Source: a virus | DNA length: 64,000 bases | IMG/VR virus record: IMGVR_UViG_3300029101_000001 | Strand: one strand, 5' to 3' | Shown: piece by piece, positions 11,450-22,609 of the stretch | Layout of the letters: the number at the start of each line of letters is the position of its first letter | Position numbering within the stretch: position 1 is the stretch's first letter | Notes under the pieces: generated by a model | Told to the model about the DNA's origin: nothing | Database searches by the model: none | What the model saw: the letters and a program-made list of their open reading frames with translations, nothing else | Program-made: the position numbers and the translations under genes

Positions 11450-13900
11450 TTCCGCAATAGCCTCGTTTGTCTTGTCTATCAATTCCTTCTCTTTCATAAC
11501 ATAAATTATGTTGTTCTGGAGGAAGTTTAGTAGCGTTATAATACTTAACTCTTTGTAACTTCCTACTTCTTAATTCTTCCTTAATAAATGGCAGAAATTC
11601 TTCGTCTGGTAAATCTGCTATTATTACTAATGGCATTTCTGACCTATCAAAGTTAAAAGAGACTTTATACCCAACTGGGTCTAAACTCTCAATATCTAGT
11701 CCGCCTATATACTCCATTTTGTACAAGTCCCTCATATATTCTAGGATCACTTGTTTCAACTCTGTATGGGTCATCATATTCGTTTCTTTGCATATTAAGT
11801 TCAGGAGTTTTCTTAGTTGGAATAACTCCAAATCTTTTAATTCCTCTCTCGTCGTAATAGTAACCAAAATCTTGGAACTATTCAACTTCTTTCTCCACAA
11901 GTACGGGCTGTCTTCCTGATAGCTCTTGGTCTGCTAACTCAGTCATACCTACAGCGGCTACAATATCATACTTACCCTTATTTTCATCATTATATGCAGT
12001 GAACTATTCTAGCATTTCTTCGAACCATATAGTATGGCAATAGTCTTCTATAAAGGCGGCTGTTAAATCAGTATGCTATTCGATTATAGTTTTTGTAGCA
12101 GGAGTTCCATACTATTTAGTAGTTCCATTTCTAACGTCAGTTAGAGTAGCTCTTGGGCGCTTCATAAAATAGTTAAGGCATCCTTTTTCTCTAGCCCAAG
12201 TAACCATACCCATACGAGTAGCTTCTATATTTATTTTACAATTATAATAGCGAGCTAAACACATAGCTATTTTATAGGCTTCTCTGATGTCTCCAGGTCT
12301 ATCCTTGTACATAGCAACATACTGAGGGTCATTCATACCAAATGTACGTTTCTTAATCGTTATGCAGAAATCAGACGGGTCTCTGGTTTCCTTAGAAGTC
12401 TAATTCGCTCCAATATCAATACCGTCTATACCTGCTACGTATAAGTCTCGCATCTCTTTATAAACTGGAACTTCAAAATCCTAGCCATTATCTTCTGCCT
12501 CCTATCTAAGCTTTTCCATTTGTTCTTTATATAAGTCAGACCATATTGGATGCTCTAGAATTTTTACTTTACCATTGCTGTTAGGAATCCATTTAAAACC
12601 ATCAATGTTATCCTAAGTATGTTTATTATTTTTGTAAAAATAATCAATATAACCACATTCGGGTCTTGGACCAATTTGTTTAAGTCTTATATTAGCTATC
12701 TATTCGGCAACTAAAATTTTATTAAACTTATTAACACCTTCTAGATTAAATGCTTCTTCTGCATTCCAACAACGTTCAGCACATTTCTTTAGGTAGTCTT
12801 CTGGTACAGCTAATAGATTATCTCGCTCCTCCTATAAGAATTTCTTATATTCCACAGTATTACATACTCCTCTGTGGTCCATAAATTCTGGATTCAAAGA
12901 TTGTATAAAGTATGGAATAAAGAATCCACTCTCTATAGTAGTCCCATCCTAAGTCCAATTATGTCTAAATGGAAGAATCTTATATGCTCTTGGATTATAG
13001 TAAATCTTTTTTAAGCCCTCTAGAGGAGCACCCATATCACCGCCAGTACCTCCAAACAACATTGTTCCACGAGGCATACCTTGAACTTCACAAAGTTCTT
13101 GACCTTGTACTACAGCGGTATCAAGTCCAGGCCAGGAACCAGCTTCATCATATATTAATAAATCTACACGGTCTCCACGAATGTTAGATGGTTTAGCTCC
13201 GTTAATTGCTACAACCTCAGATTTAAATCCTACGTCTTCAAACTAACCATTTATTTTGATTTGTTTACCTGATTTCTTTCTCAAATCCTGGTCAATAAGT
13301 CGTAATTTAAAAAATCCTCCTCCAGTACAGGTATTTAAGAATGTAAGAGCATTATCAAACTTACTAAAGGTACCCTTAAGGAAGGTATCATTAAAGCAAG
13401 TAATCATAACCCTACTTCTTCTAATAACAGAGTACATACGAGCAGAAAGAGAGGCGTTTATTTCAGAGAATCCAATAGAACGAGCTTTCATTAAAGCTGC
13501 GTGCTTGTGTAGCACTCTAGCCATCTATAGATAATGAAAGAACATATAATGTGATGCAAAGAATATTGGGAAGTCATTATCAGTACCCTCACCAGAGGCT
13601 TTCTACTAGTCAATAGTAGGTAACTAATAGAAATTTAAGAAGAAGTAATTATCTCCAGTAATGGTGTACCCATTAACTGTCATTCCATACTTACATCTTC
13701 TATATTGCTCTTTCCAAAATTCGTTGTACCGCTTACTATCTCTAAGGTAGGGACAGTATTGACCAGTTCGTTTATATACTTCCCTAGTCTCGGTAAACCA
13801 ATCTGGATTAAAGTCCAATCCATGAGTTTCGTCAATAGGTCTGTATCCAGTTATTTCATAAGATAAGGTAGGGTCAAATACTTCTATTTTATCTCCTATT
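11450..13900 (-). CDS. putative terminase large subunit (approximate ends); in-frame TAG codons
   Basis: Track ORFs 13624-13818, 13243-13524 and 12112-12336 share one frame, and translation continues through TAGs. Contains hhhhDE-type Walker-B-like LLIYDEAGSW and later YVAGIDGIDIGAN (nuclease-like). Read by eye, the Walker A motif was not located. Confidence 0.35.
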
Positions 13901-15441
13901 TTAACATCCCAATAGTCAGAATTTCTGACCCTTTCCTCTCTTATTTTCTATACTAGTTCTCTAGCTTCTTTAGCATCCTCTTTCTATTCTTTTTCTCTTA
14001 CCTAATCTACAATATTCTATATTTCTTCAGGTAATATCTTTTTTCTTGGCATAATTAAAAGTCTCCTGGGTCAAAACCATCCACAGCTCCAGCTCTAACA
14101 GTAGATTGTTCAGTAAGTTCTTTCTTAACCTAGTCTTCTAGTGTTATGAGTTCTTCATGAACTTTGTGAAGGGTAGCCATTTCCTTCATTACTTTTTCAG
14201 CCTGGAATACTGGCTTGCCGTTATTATCACGCTCATTTAAATCTACAATAGTTTCGAAATAATCAATAAACTAGTCTGCAGCTCTTTTAGCTGCTTCTAG
14301 TAATTTTATTGACTTGTTTGAATCTTGTAACGCTCTGTATTTCCTACAAGCTTCTCTAAATATAGGGTCATTAAATTCTGACTCTGTCAATCCAGAATCA
14401 CTAATAGCTTCGTCATGTCGTTCATGTTCCGAATACTAACTGTACGGACTTTTCCAGTCTATAGCTAAATAAATGTAAGATAGTTCTCTAGTAGCTCTAT
14501 CCTTTTCTGCAGATTTATCCCTCTAGATTAAAGCCTTAAATTCCTTAACTAGCAATATCTCTGGTTCATTTATTTCTAGCTATTTAGTTAAAGTGTTATA
14601 GTTAAATACATTCATAATCATTAATCATTATCATACACATTAGATAATCTTATTATTTCTTTTTCATTTTGGAACCGCACTTATTGACTTTCATTTTTGA
14701 GCCACAAGCGTCTTTCTTAGCATATTGTTTTCTGTCAGGAACCCATTTTCCTCCCTGGAAATTACCCTTATGTCCTTTATTGGCCATAGTTTCCTAATCA
14801 TTGTATTTATTGATTGATATAGAATCTCTTGAGGCTTCGTCTCTAGCAGATTTCATATCTTTCTTATACTAAGCTCTTCCAGCCTTAAATTTATCAACTT
14901 CATTAGCTTTCTTAGTAACTTTAGTTCCTTTTTGTGCTTTCTGGCAAGCTTTACAGATTCTACCGCCTTGCTTAAAATATACAAGCTCTTCTCCTTCTGG
15001 ACATACTCCTTTTAGCTTCTTATAATACTCAAGCTTAGCTCCAAGCCTAGCCATTACTCCTCCTTGCATTTTCTGCATAAATTCCTGATACTTAGCTTTA
15101 ATGCCGTCTTCACCTAATTGTTCAGCATAAGCTTGTAAATCCTATTCAGATTGTACTTGTATTCCCTACGCAGCGGCATCTTGTATTAGATATGCCATAA
15201 ATGCTTTTTGTAATTCTTCCTAGTTAGCCATTACTCTTCTACTTTAATTAAATCCTTAGTATTAAACACTGCTTCCTACATAAGTCCGGAATCAGTAAAC
15301 CATCTACATCTTAATCCTCGTAATCCTTGGTTATCTTTAAATAAAGCTGCTTCTCTTCTTAGAACAAGCATAACTGGAGAATGCATTACTTTACACTACC
15401 GTAAAGTAACACAATCCCCAGGCTTAAAATAAACTTTTTCA

Positions 15442-16044
15442 TCAATTGTTTCCATACTTCAATTCGTTTCTTCTTTCAGTTAGCTTTTCGTTAACTACAG
15501 CCATAATTCTGTTCTCATTAACTACAACAAATCCAAACTTGTAGAACGGAACCATGCACTCGCTAGCTATTGTATAGAATACTATATCTCCAGGTTTTAG
15601 GAACTCACACTTGTGCCCAACCTCAATAACAGTACCCACTTTAATAAATTGTTGTTCTTCTTCTATTTCTCCTGTTTCATTAGATTTATATGTTGGAGCA
15701 AACCCACCTAAGTCTGTAATTAATCCACTCTTAGTAGTTTTAATTTTTTGAAACGGATTTTGTTCGAAAGGTTTAATTAATGCATACCCATACATAGGCA
15801 TAATTTCTACACCATTCATATCCTCAGATAATGATTTGGCGTAAGATTCTAAAGCTGCATTATGTTTAGAGAATTTATCTTCTAATTCATCTACTGCTGT
15901 ATTGAATCTTTCCTGTTTTTCTCTTAATAAAGTTTTATCTGCAGCTTCTCCATTTACTATAAGGTGCTGTCCTGTACCTTCCATACCAGTTATAGCTAGT
16001 GCTAGTTTCTCATTACTGTTTAATTCTGTTCTTAAAGTTTCCAT
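15442..16044 (-). CDS. protein with C-terminal GroES-like co-chaperonin domain
   Basis: C-terminal IKPFEQ...SGLITD...IKVGTVIEVGHKCEFLKPGDIVFY...NENRIMAV resembles GroES/gp31 mobile-loop and beta-barrel motifs. Confidence 0.35.
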   Translation of the reverse strand: METLRTELNSNEKLALAITGMEGTGQHLIVNGEAADKTLLREKQERFNTAVDELEDKFSKHNAALESYAKSLSEDMNGVEIMPMYGYALIKPFEQNPFQKIKTTKSGLITDLGGFAPTYKSNETGEIEEEQQFIKVGTVIEVGHKCEFLKPGDIVFYTIASECMVPFYKFGFVVVNENRIMAVVNEKLTERRNELKYGNN

Positions 16045-16052
16045 AATTCATT

Positions 16053-16391
16053 TTACCATTTACATAAATCACAATGTTCATCTTCTATTCTAGTTTTGTT
16101 CTCTAGTATACAACCACATTCCTCACATACTTCCCCAAATGAAGTCTGTAATTTATGAGGACAAGTATTACAAATATTTAATCTTGTGGTTGCTAAATCT
16201 TGATTAATTCCAAATATATGGAAATATATACTCTTCAATATTACTAAAGGTTTAGTAAATATTGCTTTAATCCATTTCTTTGGCATCTTTTCAGTAGGTT
16301 CTTGAGTCATAAGTATATAAGCCTTAGTAGGGTTAGCCATTACTGGAGTCCCATATAGTAATAAATTATTTACCATTTCTTCGCAGGACAA
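16053..16391 (-). CDS. Cys-rich zinc-ribbon protein
   Basis: Track ORF with multiple CxxC pairs. Confidence 0.4.
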   Translation of the reverse strand: MSCEEMVNNLLLYGTPVMANPTKAYILMTQEPTEKMPKKWIKAIFTKPLVILKSIYFHIFGINQDLATTRLNICNTCPHKLQTSFGEVCEECGCILENKTRIEDEHCDLCKW

Positions 16392-16585
16392 TGCTTCTTC
16401 TCATTAGGTATCTTTAATTCCAGTAGACATCCACATCCTTTTATATACCCTTCTTTTGGGCCAATACTTATGTCATTGTTTTCTGGATTTAAATACAACT
16501 GTCCATTACATATTGCATCTTCTTGATTACATATTGGACAGCGTCTACATATTTTCCATCTTTCTTCTATTTCCTCTAGTGTCAT
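16370..16585 (-). CDS. small zinc-ribbon protein
   Basis: CRRCPICNQ...CGC...HCP motifs. Confidence 0.4.
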   Translation of the reverse strand: MTLEEIEERWKICRRCPICNQEDAICNGQLYLNPENNDISIGPKEGYIKGCGCLLELKIPNEKKHCPAKKW

Positions 16586-16587
16586 AA

Positions 16588-17502
16588 TTAATATTCAATA
16601 CGTTGACGTTTCTTTTTATTTTCTGCCAATATAGATTCTTTCTTGTAAAAAGAAAGCATTCTTATTACTTCATCTTTTAAGTATGGTAAGTGATATACTG
16701 TCATGTTATCACTGTGGTCGAAGTGTACTAAAACTAAATCTTCAATTTCAAATTCTGGGTTTTTCTTCTGAATCATCCAGGCGTAAGTACTTAGCTGAAG
16801 GGCATAATGCCAATAATTAACATCATCTAAATTATTTAGAGGATACTTCATCTTAACTGATGTCTTAGTTTTAGAATTAAAGAAACTCTTTGTTTCTATT
16901 TTTTTATTAGTCTTCCAGTCACCAATAATTATCTTATTACCTCTTTTAACTAATAAGTCAATTTGTCCAGCTATTCTTAGTTTTCCGTCCTCAGATACTC
17001 TAGAGATTAGATACTCAGGATATACCCCATTCTCCAAATCTAGATTGTTATAGTCTTTTATACACTCAAACTTGCCACCTATTTGATATTTACTTAGGTC
17101 TATATCCTTCTTCTTTTTGTAAAAAGAGTTTTCCAAATCTGCATGGATTCTAGTTCCTCTCTCGCAAGAGTTTCTGTTCTCCATATCCCATGCATCTAAG
17201 ATAGCTTGTTGTTCTTTATTAAACTCGTCTTCTGTAATGTTATGAAGTTCAAGTAGAACTTTGTCAAATTTCTTAGTATTCAGCAGAGATTTTTTCTCGA
17301 TAGCCCAATCTTCTTTAGGTAGAAGTTTCTCTAGTGCTTTATAAGCTGACCAGAACTCTTTATCAAAGGGTTGGGTGAAAGAATGAATTAAAGTCGTTAC
17401 AGATATAAATTTCTGTTCTGGCTTTGTAACATCATAATAAATATGAGCTTCCTCTTCGAAAGCTATGTTCCCATTTTGTTTTGTAATTTTACTTTTGTCC
17501 AT
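16588..17502 (-). CDS. PD-(D/E)xK superfamily nuclease (YqaJ / lambda-exonuclease-like)
   Basis: 304 aa ORF without TAG. Motifs ERGTRIHADLE, GQIDLLVKRG, IIGDWKT, QLSTYAWM. Confidence 0.55.
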   Translation of the reverse strand: MDKSKITKQNGNIAFEEEAHIYYDVTKPEQKFISVTTLIHSFTQPFDKEFWSAYKALEKLLPKEDWAIEKKSLLNTKKFDKVLLELHNITEDEFNKEQQAILDAWDMENRNSCERGTRIHADLENSFYKKKKDIDLSKYQIGGKFECIKDYNNLDLENGVYPEYLISRVSEDGKLRIAGQIDLLVKRGNKIIIGDWKTNKKIETKSFFNSKTKTSVKMKYPLNNLDDVNYWHYALQLSTYAWMIQKKNPEFEIEDLVLVHFDHSDNMTVYHLPYLKDEVIRMLSFYKKESILAENKKKRQRIEY

Positions 17503-17616
17503 TAGTCATAATTCATTTAATCATTTATCACATTTATCTATATTTATTTGATACTTTTCAAGTATATTAATATTCTTTGTAAGATACAAATCAATAAATA
17601 ATACATTATATTAAAA

Positions 17617-17958
17617 ATGTCTAATATGACAAAAATGGTAACATTTGGATGTCCAATTTTTAAAAACGGGTCAGGCATTCATATTAAAGAGAAAAACAAA
17701 GGTAAATTTACTGCCTCTGCTAAGGCTGCAGGATAGTCTGTACAGGAACATGCTAAATCTGTACTAAACAATCCTAATGCTACTCCTCTTCAGAAGAAGC
17801 GTGCTAACTTTGCTAGAAACGCGGCTAAATGGAAACACGAAGATGGAGCTAAGATACATAAACCAAGTGGACATAGATCTATTCTAGATAATGGATGGAT
17901 TCCTACTACTAGATTAAAGAAAGGAAATTATGGATTAATTAAAACAAGAAAGCAATGA
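17617..17958 (+). CDS. hypothetical basic protein with in-frame TAG (plus-strand island inside the late block)
   Basis: ATG 17617 to TGA 17956. One TAG read as sense (AAGQSVQEHAK). Confidence 0.4.
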
Positions 17959-18032
17959 ACGCTGTAGTTAAATTAATTAAAGAATTTATACTTAAGATAT
18001 ATCTTTATTTACTATTTATATTTAATAAGTAA

Positions 18033-18227
18033 TATGGACTATAATAGAGCAACTCTTTATGCGGCTACTGGTCGTACTTTATTACTCCCTGGCTGGAAAG
18101 GGTATTTTTATTGGGACTATACTAAGAATGAATTAAATTTTAGAAATGGAGACTATCATTTAGATAACAAATAGCTCAAGGAGAAAGGAGTTATGGAACG
18201 TAATGATTGGTATTATATAATATGATA
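18033..18227 (+). CDS. hypothetical small protein with in-frame TAG
   Basis: MDYNRATLYAATGRT...DNKQ(TAG)LKEKGVMERNDWYYII by eye. Confidence 0.3.
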
Positions 18228-18614
18228 ATTAAAAATAATATTATACCGTTTGGAGGTTATAAAGTAATTAATCTGTTTGGATTAATATTTACTAAGTCGG
18301 ATTTGACTGATGAGGATAAGAATCACGAGAATATCCATTCAGTATAGATTTTAGAATGTGCAATAGCGTTTGCAATACTTATATCTATATTATTTGGATT
18401 AGAATGGGTATGGTTAGCTATTCCATCTTTCTATATCTGGTATGGATTAGAGTATTTAATTATACGACTATTAAGACTTAAAGATTCTCAAAATGATTGC
18501 TACAGAGATGTAAGCTTTGAAGAAGAAGCTTATATGAATGAAGACAATTTACAGTATCTAGAAGGATAGAGAAAGATGTTTTCATGGATAAAATATCTAA
18601 AAGTTAATGCATAA
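18222..18614 (+). CDS. hypothetical membrane protein with 2 in-frame TAG
   Basis: MIIKNNIIPFGGYK...hydrophobic AIAFAILISILFGLEWVWLAIPSFYIWYGL... ends with TAA. Confidence 0.35.
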
Positions 18615-18619
18615 CAAAA

Positions 18620-18660
18620 TAGGCGAACTTAGACAATTAAGTCTAGGCTCGCCTATTTTT
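18620..18660. terminator. bidirectional hairpin terminator between convergent genes
   Basis: Stem taggcga/tcgccta (7 bp), loop about 22 nt. T5 downstream on plus strand and T-run on the minus-strand side. Confidence 0.5.
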
Positions 18661-18871
18661 ATTTACTATTATACGTACAAGTGATTCTGTTTGGCTCTTC
18701 CCACCAAGGTTTATCTGAAAGTGGAGTTCTGATGCTATTGGGCCAATTTATAATTGGAGTAGTTTCCTCTACTATAGCCTCCATTATTTTAAATAATGTA
18801 TCCAAGTCTAGCTCTGGAAGCAGCTCATGAATATTAGTTATTGTTTTCTTATAATTTATCATACCCTTCAA
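18659..18871 (-). CDS. hypothetical protein
   Basis: Track ORF, ends at genuine TAA. Confidence 0.45.
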   Translation of the reverse strand: MKGMINYKKTITNIHELLPELDLDTLFKIMEAIVEETTPIINWPNSIRTPLSDKPWWEEPNRITCTYNSK

Positions 18872-19217
18872 AAGTGTCGTTAATAATTGCTTTCTCTATT
18901 GTAGTATCTTTATATAAACCATGTTGTAGTATATTTCTTACTTGATGGTCTATTTGATTCCATATATCTAATAATATAGAAGAATCATCTGAAAGACTAT
19001 ATTGTGGATAGCTAGCCCTTAAACTGCTAAGTACTTTGCCATTAATGTAAATGTCAAATACGAAATTTTTTATATCATCTGTAGTTTCTCCAGAAATTCC
19101 TGCAGCTCTTTGTAAAAGTTTAAGAGCCTTTTCATATACTTCTCTTTCTTCACGTTCTCTTCTTGAAGAATTAAACATCATCATATTTGCGGCTACTGAC
19201 ATATTAGTACGATACAC
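18849..19217 (-). CDS. hypothetical protein (N-terminus may extend through TAG)
   Basis: Track ORF, genuine TAA stop. Confidence 0.45.
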   Translation of the reverse strand: MYRTNMSVAANMMMFNSSRREREEREVYEKALKLLQRAAGISGETTDDIKNFVFDIYINGKVLSSLRASYPQYSLSDDSSILLDIWNQIDHQVRNILQHGLYKDTTIEKAIINDTFEGYDKL

Positions 19218-19366
19218 TTAGCTTATTTAAGTTGTCTAGATAATCTAAGAACCATTGTTCGTTTTGTTTTCCTTCTTCTACAATAGTATTAATTAAAGAT
19301 TCTGTAGCTAATAGTGTTATTTCTGCTAGTTCCTCTAATTCCGATTTAGTAAGTTCGTTATATTTT

Positions 19367-19681
19367 TCAATCAAGTTTAACATAATCCATCCAGTCTTTT
19401 ATATATGATTTACATTCTTCCAAATCTGGATAGATACTTGTTATAGAGCATCCAGTTTTCGGATTTTTAAAGTGGTGCATCTTAGCCTCTTCTTTTTTCT
19501 CCTCTTCTGTATTTCTATTTAATGTTCTATTCCAATAGTTGTACTTTTCATCTAACATTTCCATATCACATTCCTCTAATATTTTCATATTAGGGTTATT
19601 CATTATCTTGTCGTACTTTCTCTTTAAATTAGAGACTTTGACAACATCATTTCCATTTAATACAACTGCACACTGTTTCAT
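19367..19681 (-). CDS. hypothetical protein
   Basis: Track ORF, TAA stop. Confidence 0.45.
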   Translation of the reverse strand: MKQCAVVLNGNDVVKVSNLKRKYDKIMNNPNMKILEECDMEMLDEKYNYWNRTLNRNTEEEKKEEAKMHHFKNPKTGCSITSIYPDLEECKSYIKDWMDYVKLD

Positions 19682-19905
19682 TTCAATACCTTATAAGTAC
19701 ATATCTTGCCTATCTGTTTTCCTTGAATTGTTATTTGCGGAAGAAAATAGCAGGCTTGATTCTCAAATTCTTGAGGTACAAAGATATAATCAAACTTACT
19801 TCCAACTACCTTCTCACAAACTTTATTCCAATCGTCTCCCTCTTCTATAATAAGAGTTTTAGCTCCTGTTGGAGTTACTATATAATTCTCATTTAATTTT
19901 ATCAT
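19678..19905 (-). CDS. hypothetical small protein (start trimmed to MIKLNENY so it does not overlap the tRNA)
   Basis: Track ORF 19678-19980 overlaps the suppressor tRNA. An internal ATG at 19903-19905 gives a 75-aa product. Confidence 0.35.
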   Translation of the reverse strand: MIKLNENYIVTPTGAKTLIIEEGDDWNKVCEKVVGSKFDYIFVPQEFENQACYFLPQITIQGKQIGKICTYKVLK

Positions 19906-19922
19906 AACTATTAATTTTGGCG

Positions 19923-19994
19923 TTGCCCTACTAGGATTCGAACCCAGACTAAATGATTTAGAGTCATCTGTGCTGACCATTACACCATAGGGCA
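19923..19994 (-). tRNA. amber suppressor tRNA, anticodon CUA, probably charged with Gln
   Basis: Minus-strand cloverleaf: ugcccua ug gugu aauggucagcac a gauga cuCUAaa ucauu uagu cuggg uucgaau ccuag uagggca a. Acceptor, D-arm, variable loop and T-arm nearly identical to the phage tRNA-Gln(UUG) at 34204. Confidence 0.85.
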
Positions 19995-20534
19995 GTAACT
20001 TATTTCTCTTTTAGAGATTTATTTTCTGCTGCCAATTTCTCTAGTTCTTTTCTTAATTGTTCATTTTCGTGAAATAAAGCCTGCATAGTAGCGTTGATAC
20101 TAGCTAATAGTATTCTCATTTGAGCAACCTATTCATACATAAGCTTTCAGTTGTTCAATTCTCTTTTTAGCTATATCTGACAATGCCATTTTGAATTTAG
20201 CAATACCAGCTCTTACTGTTTCTAACTTGCCGCTTTCTAAGCATTCTTGTATTTTATGAACTTCAAGCTCTCCTAGATATTCGCATACATCTATAAATAA
20301 ATCATCATCTAGAGATTCTAAATATTTCTGGAATTGGTCTACCTCTTCATTAGCTAGACAGCTTTCTTCCTTCTATCTTTCATAAGATATTAATAAGAAC
20401 AAAGAATCGTCGGTAGATTCGGACTTAATAGTTAGCCCATTACCAGACATATAATATTCTTGATTCGTATTAATTGCCTCAACTAGCTATTTAAACTAGT
20501 CCTAATTTAACAATGTTTCTAAGTCTGTAATCAT

Positions 20535-20852
20535 AATTGTTTTCTTTTTAGTTATATACAACAATAACCTCCGAAAAGTTAAACGCAAAGTTAAAAAATT
20601 CTAATTCAAATATTATACATATTTTATATATTAAGGGGAAAGCCGGTACAGGTACTTTATATAAATAGCCCCCTGGGGTTATTATAAATTCCGACTTTTA
20701 TATTTGGAGGGCAATTACCTAGATTCCAAAAATTCATAGAGTGAGTGTAGTGGCGGTCCACAACCCCTTTAGTCCCCCCCTGTATATTGATATAAAACTA
20801 AAACAAAAACAAAAATCAATTTCCAGTATTAACATTTTAAAATTTTAAGATT
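20535..20852. promoter_or_regulatory. divergent intergenic control region between minus late block and plus early block
   Basis: 318 bp non-coding with C/G-rich motifs (ccccctggggtt, ccacaaccccttttagtccccccctg) in AT-rich context. Promoters not individually identified. Confidence 0.3.
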
Positions 20853-21299
20853 ATGACACTCGAAGAATTGAAAGACCAGAACGTAAGCGCAGTAGAAAGA
20901 GCTAAGGCAGTAGTATCAGCATTGGGACTGAAAGGTGACGAACGCTCAGTTGTTGTCGGCTTGTCAAAGGGCGATAAGTTTAAGTTGGTAGCAATGAACA
21001 AGGTAGATTTACCTGCAAATGCCAACCAACCAAACCAAAGCAACTTTACACCGATTACATTTAGCACTGACACAGGTGCAACCATTGGTGCAAAACACTT
21101 TGCGGGCGTAGAAATCGACGACGATGCTCCGGCAATCGGTTCAACTCCGTTGGAAAATGCCGCTTTCCTTGTTTATTGCATTGACCACAATGTAACATTT
21201 AAGGTAGACAAAAAGGTAACGGAAGACATCGAAGCTACCACCGACCGCCAAGCCTACAAGAAAAATACTTACAAGCTGGTAGTGGAAGACTATGATTAA
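20853..21299 (+). CDS. hypothetical protein, first plus-strand gene
   Basis: Track ORF 148 aa, TAA stop. Confidence 0.5.
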   Translation: MTLEELKDQNVSAVERAKAVVSALGLKGDERSVVVGLSKGDKFKLVAMNKVDLPANANQPNQSNFTPITFSTDTGATIGAKHFAGVEIDDDAPAIGSTPLENAAFLVYCIDHNVTFKVDKKVTEDIEATTDRQAYKKNTYKLVVEDYD

Positions 21300-21350
21300 A
21301 AGATTGGGGAGAAATCCCCTTTCTTTTACATACAAATAATCTTTGTAGAA

Positions 21351-21545
21351 ATGGACATAAGAAAAAAGTTTAAGACTATAAAGTGTTTGTATAATTGGGG
21401 CATAATCTATGACCCAAAGACTAATGAAAAGTTAAATTTCAAATCCAAACGTGTTTATTGCGTAACTTCTTGGGCTTGGATTATGACCTATCAAAAGTCA
21501 GAAGAAGATATTCCTGAGATAATTAGAATAGTCTTTGTAGATTAA
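21351..21545 (+). CDS. hypothetical small protein
   Basis: Track ORF. Confidence 0.3.
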   Translation: MDIRKKFKTIKCLYNWGIIYDPKTNEKLNFKSKRVYCVTSWAWIMTYQKSEEDIPEIIRIVFVD

Positions 21546-22278
21546 CTCTAAGGTACTATGAGTTTTAAATAAAGTGCCCACATGAACCCCATCATCGGAA
21601 CGTTGGTTAACGGGGAAAACAACATCACAACAAATCAAATCAAAGTTTTTGTTTAGTTTTAGGATTATATCTGGCAGCTTGGAAAGACAAGCAAAATCTT
21701 TATACCTATCTGCTAATAGGTTTAGTGTTCAACGCGAAAATTCGGTAAAGGAAGGAGAGAAATTGTCCACTAAAAAGACCCTCAATTTCCGGACTTTTTC
21801 CGATTTTCAAAAAATCCGCCAGAGTAGGAGTTATATAGCTCACACTCTCTATGGACATTATTTAGTATTTAGCCTATAAAAGGCAACAAAAAGCGAGGCT
21901 ACGCAGAAGAGCCTAACACCAAAAATAACTGCTACAAATTCTATGTGCATATTCGCAAACTTGAGCACTATAGGATTTAGGTTGAGCTATAAGGATTGGT
22001 CACTTATAGCAATATTATGAGTACTGCTGATATGTCAGTGACCGTACATATCACATATAAAATATGTTATACAATTATGTTAGAAGTTGCCAGGTCTAAG
22101 AAGCCTGATTAAAATCTCTAGATAGTAAGAGAGAACCTCATAAGGGTTCATTTTCCATCTCGAACCTATTCGCAAGTTTATAGACTAGCTATCTATAAAT
22201 TTAGTGAACGTTGATAACGTCCTCAGCATGGAAAACTGAGAAATAATCTCCTATCTTATTCTAGATATAGATAGGATT

Positions 22279-22345
22279 TCCCTACTGGTATAATGGATTG
22301 CGTCTCCCGCTGGAGAAGATTCTGGTTCAAGTCCAGAGTAGGGAA
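22279..22345 (+). ncRNA. tRNA-like element with a truncated anticodon arm (4-nt loop)
   Basis: Acceptor ucccuac/guaggga, D-arm gguauaaugg, T-arm ucugg uucaagu ccaga. Anticodon arm ucucc-cgcu-ggaga has no 7-nt loop. Confidence 0.35.
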
Positions 22346-22609
22346 CTACTAAGTTGCAATATTCATATTATTGTCGGACCATAATGGGTATGCCCTGAGA
22401 CTATGCAGTTGTTGTGAAATAACTCAAAGTATTGTGGCACAGGAAGGTCTAGTCGTTACCCTTTGCTTATTTTATTAATTTCCATTTTGACTAAAAGGCA
22501 CAGCGGTGCCTTTACTCTCAAGATAAGAACAACCTTTACGTGGTTTGAGAGATAAGTAAGCTGCTTTAGCTGAAACTAATAGTTCTAGTAACAATTAAAA
22601 ATATTTACC

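Larger units (their letters stand above)
4073..20534 (-). other. late structural / packaging module read with TAG as a sense codon; individual gene boundaries unresolved
   Basis: Dense coding-like minus-strand sequence with almost no standard ORFs (none over 60 aa between 8.6 and 11.1 kb) and CTA-rich plus strand. Spot translations give protein-like sequence through TAG codons. Confidence 0.6.

Noticed and set aside
11439-11900. 153-aa minus-strand ORF from the track in a different frame from the neighbouring terminase-like reading frame.
   Set aside because: Codon-by-codon reading shows the frame shared by 12112-12336 and 13243-13524 continues through this region via TAG codons. The track ORF is probably an alternative-frame artefact of AT-rich recoded DNA. 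I did not fully resolve this.
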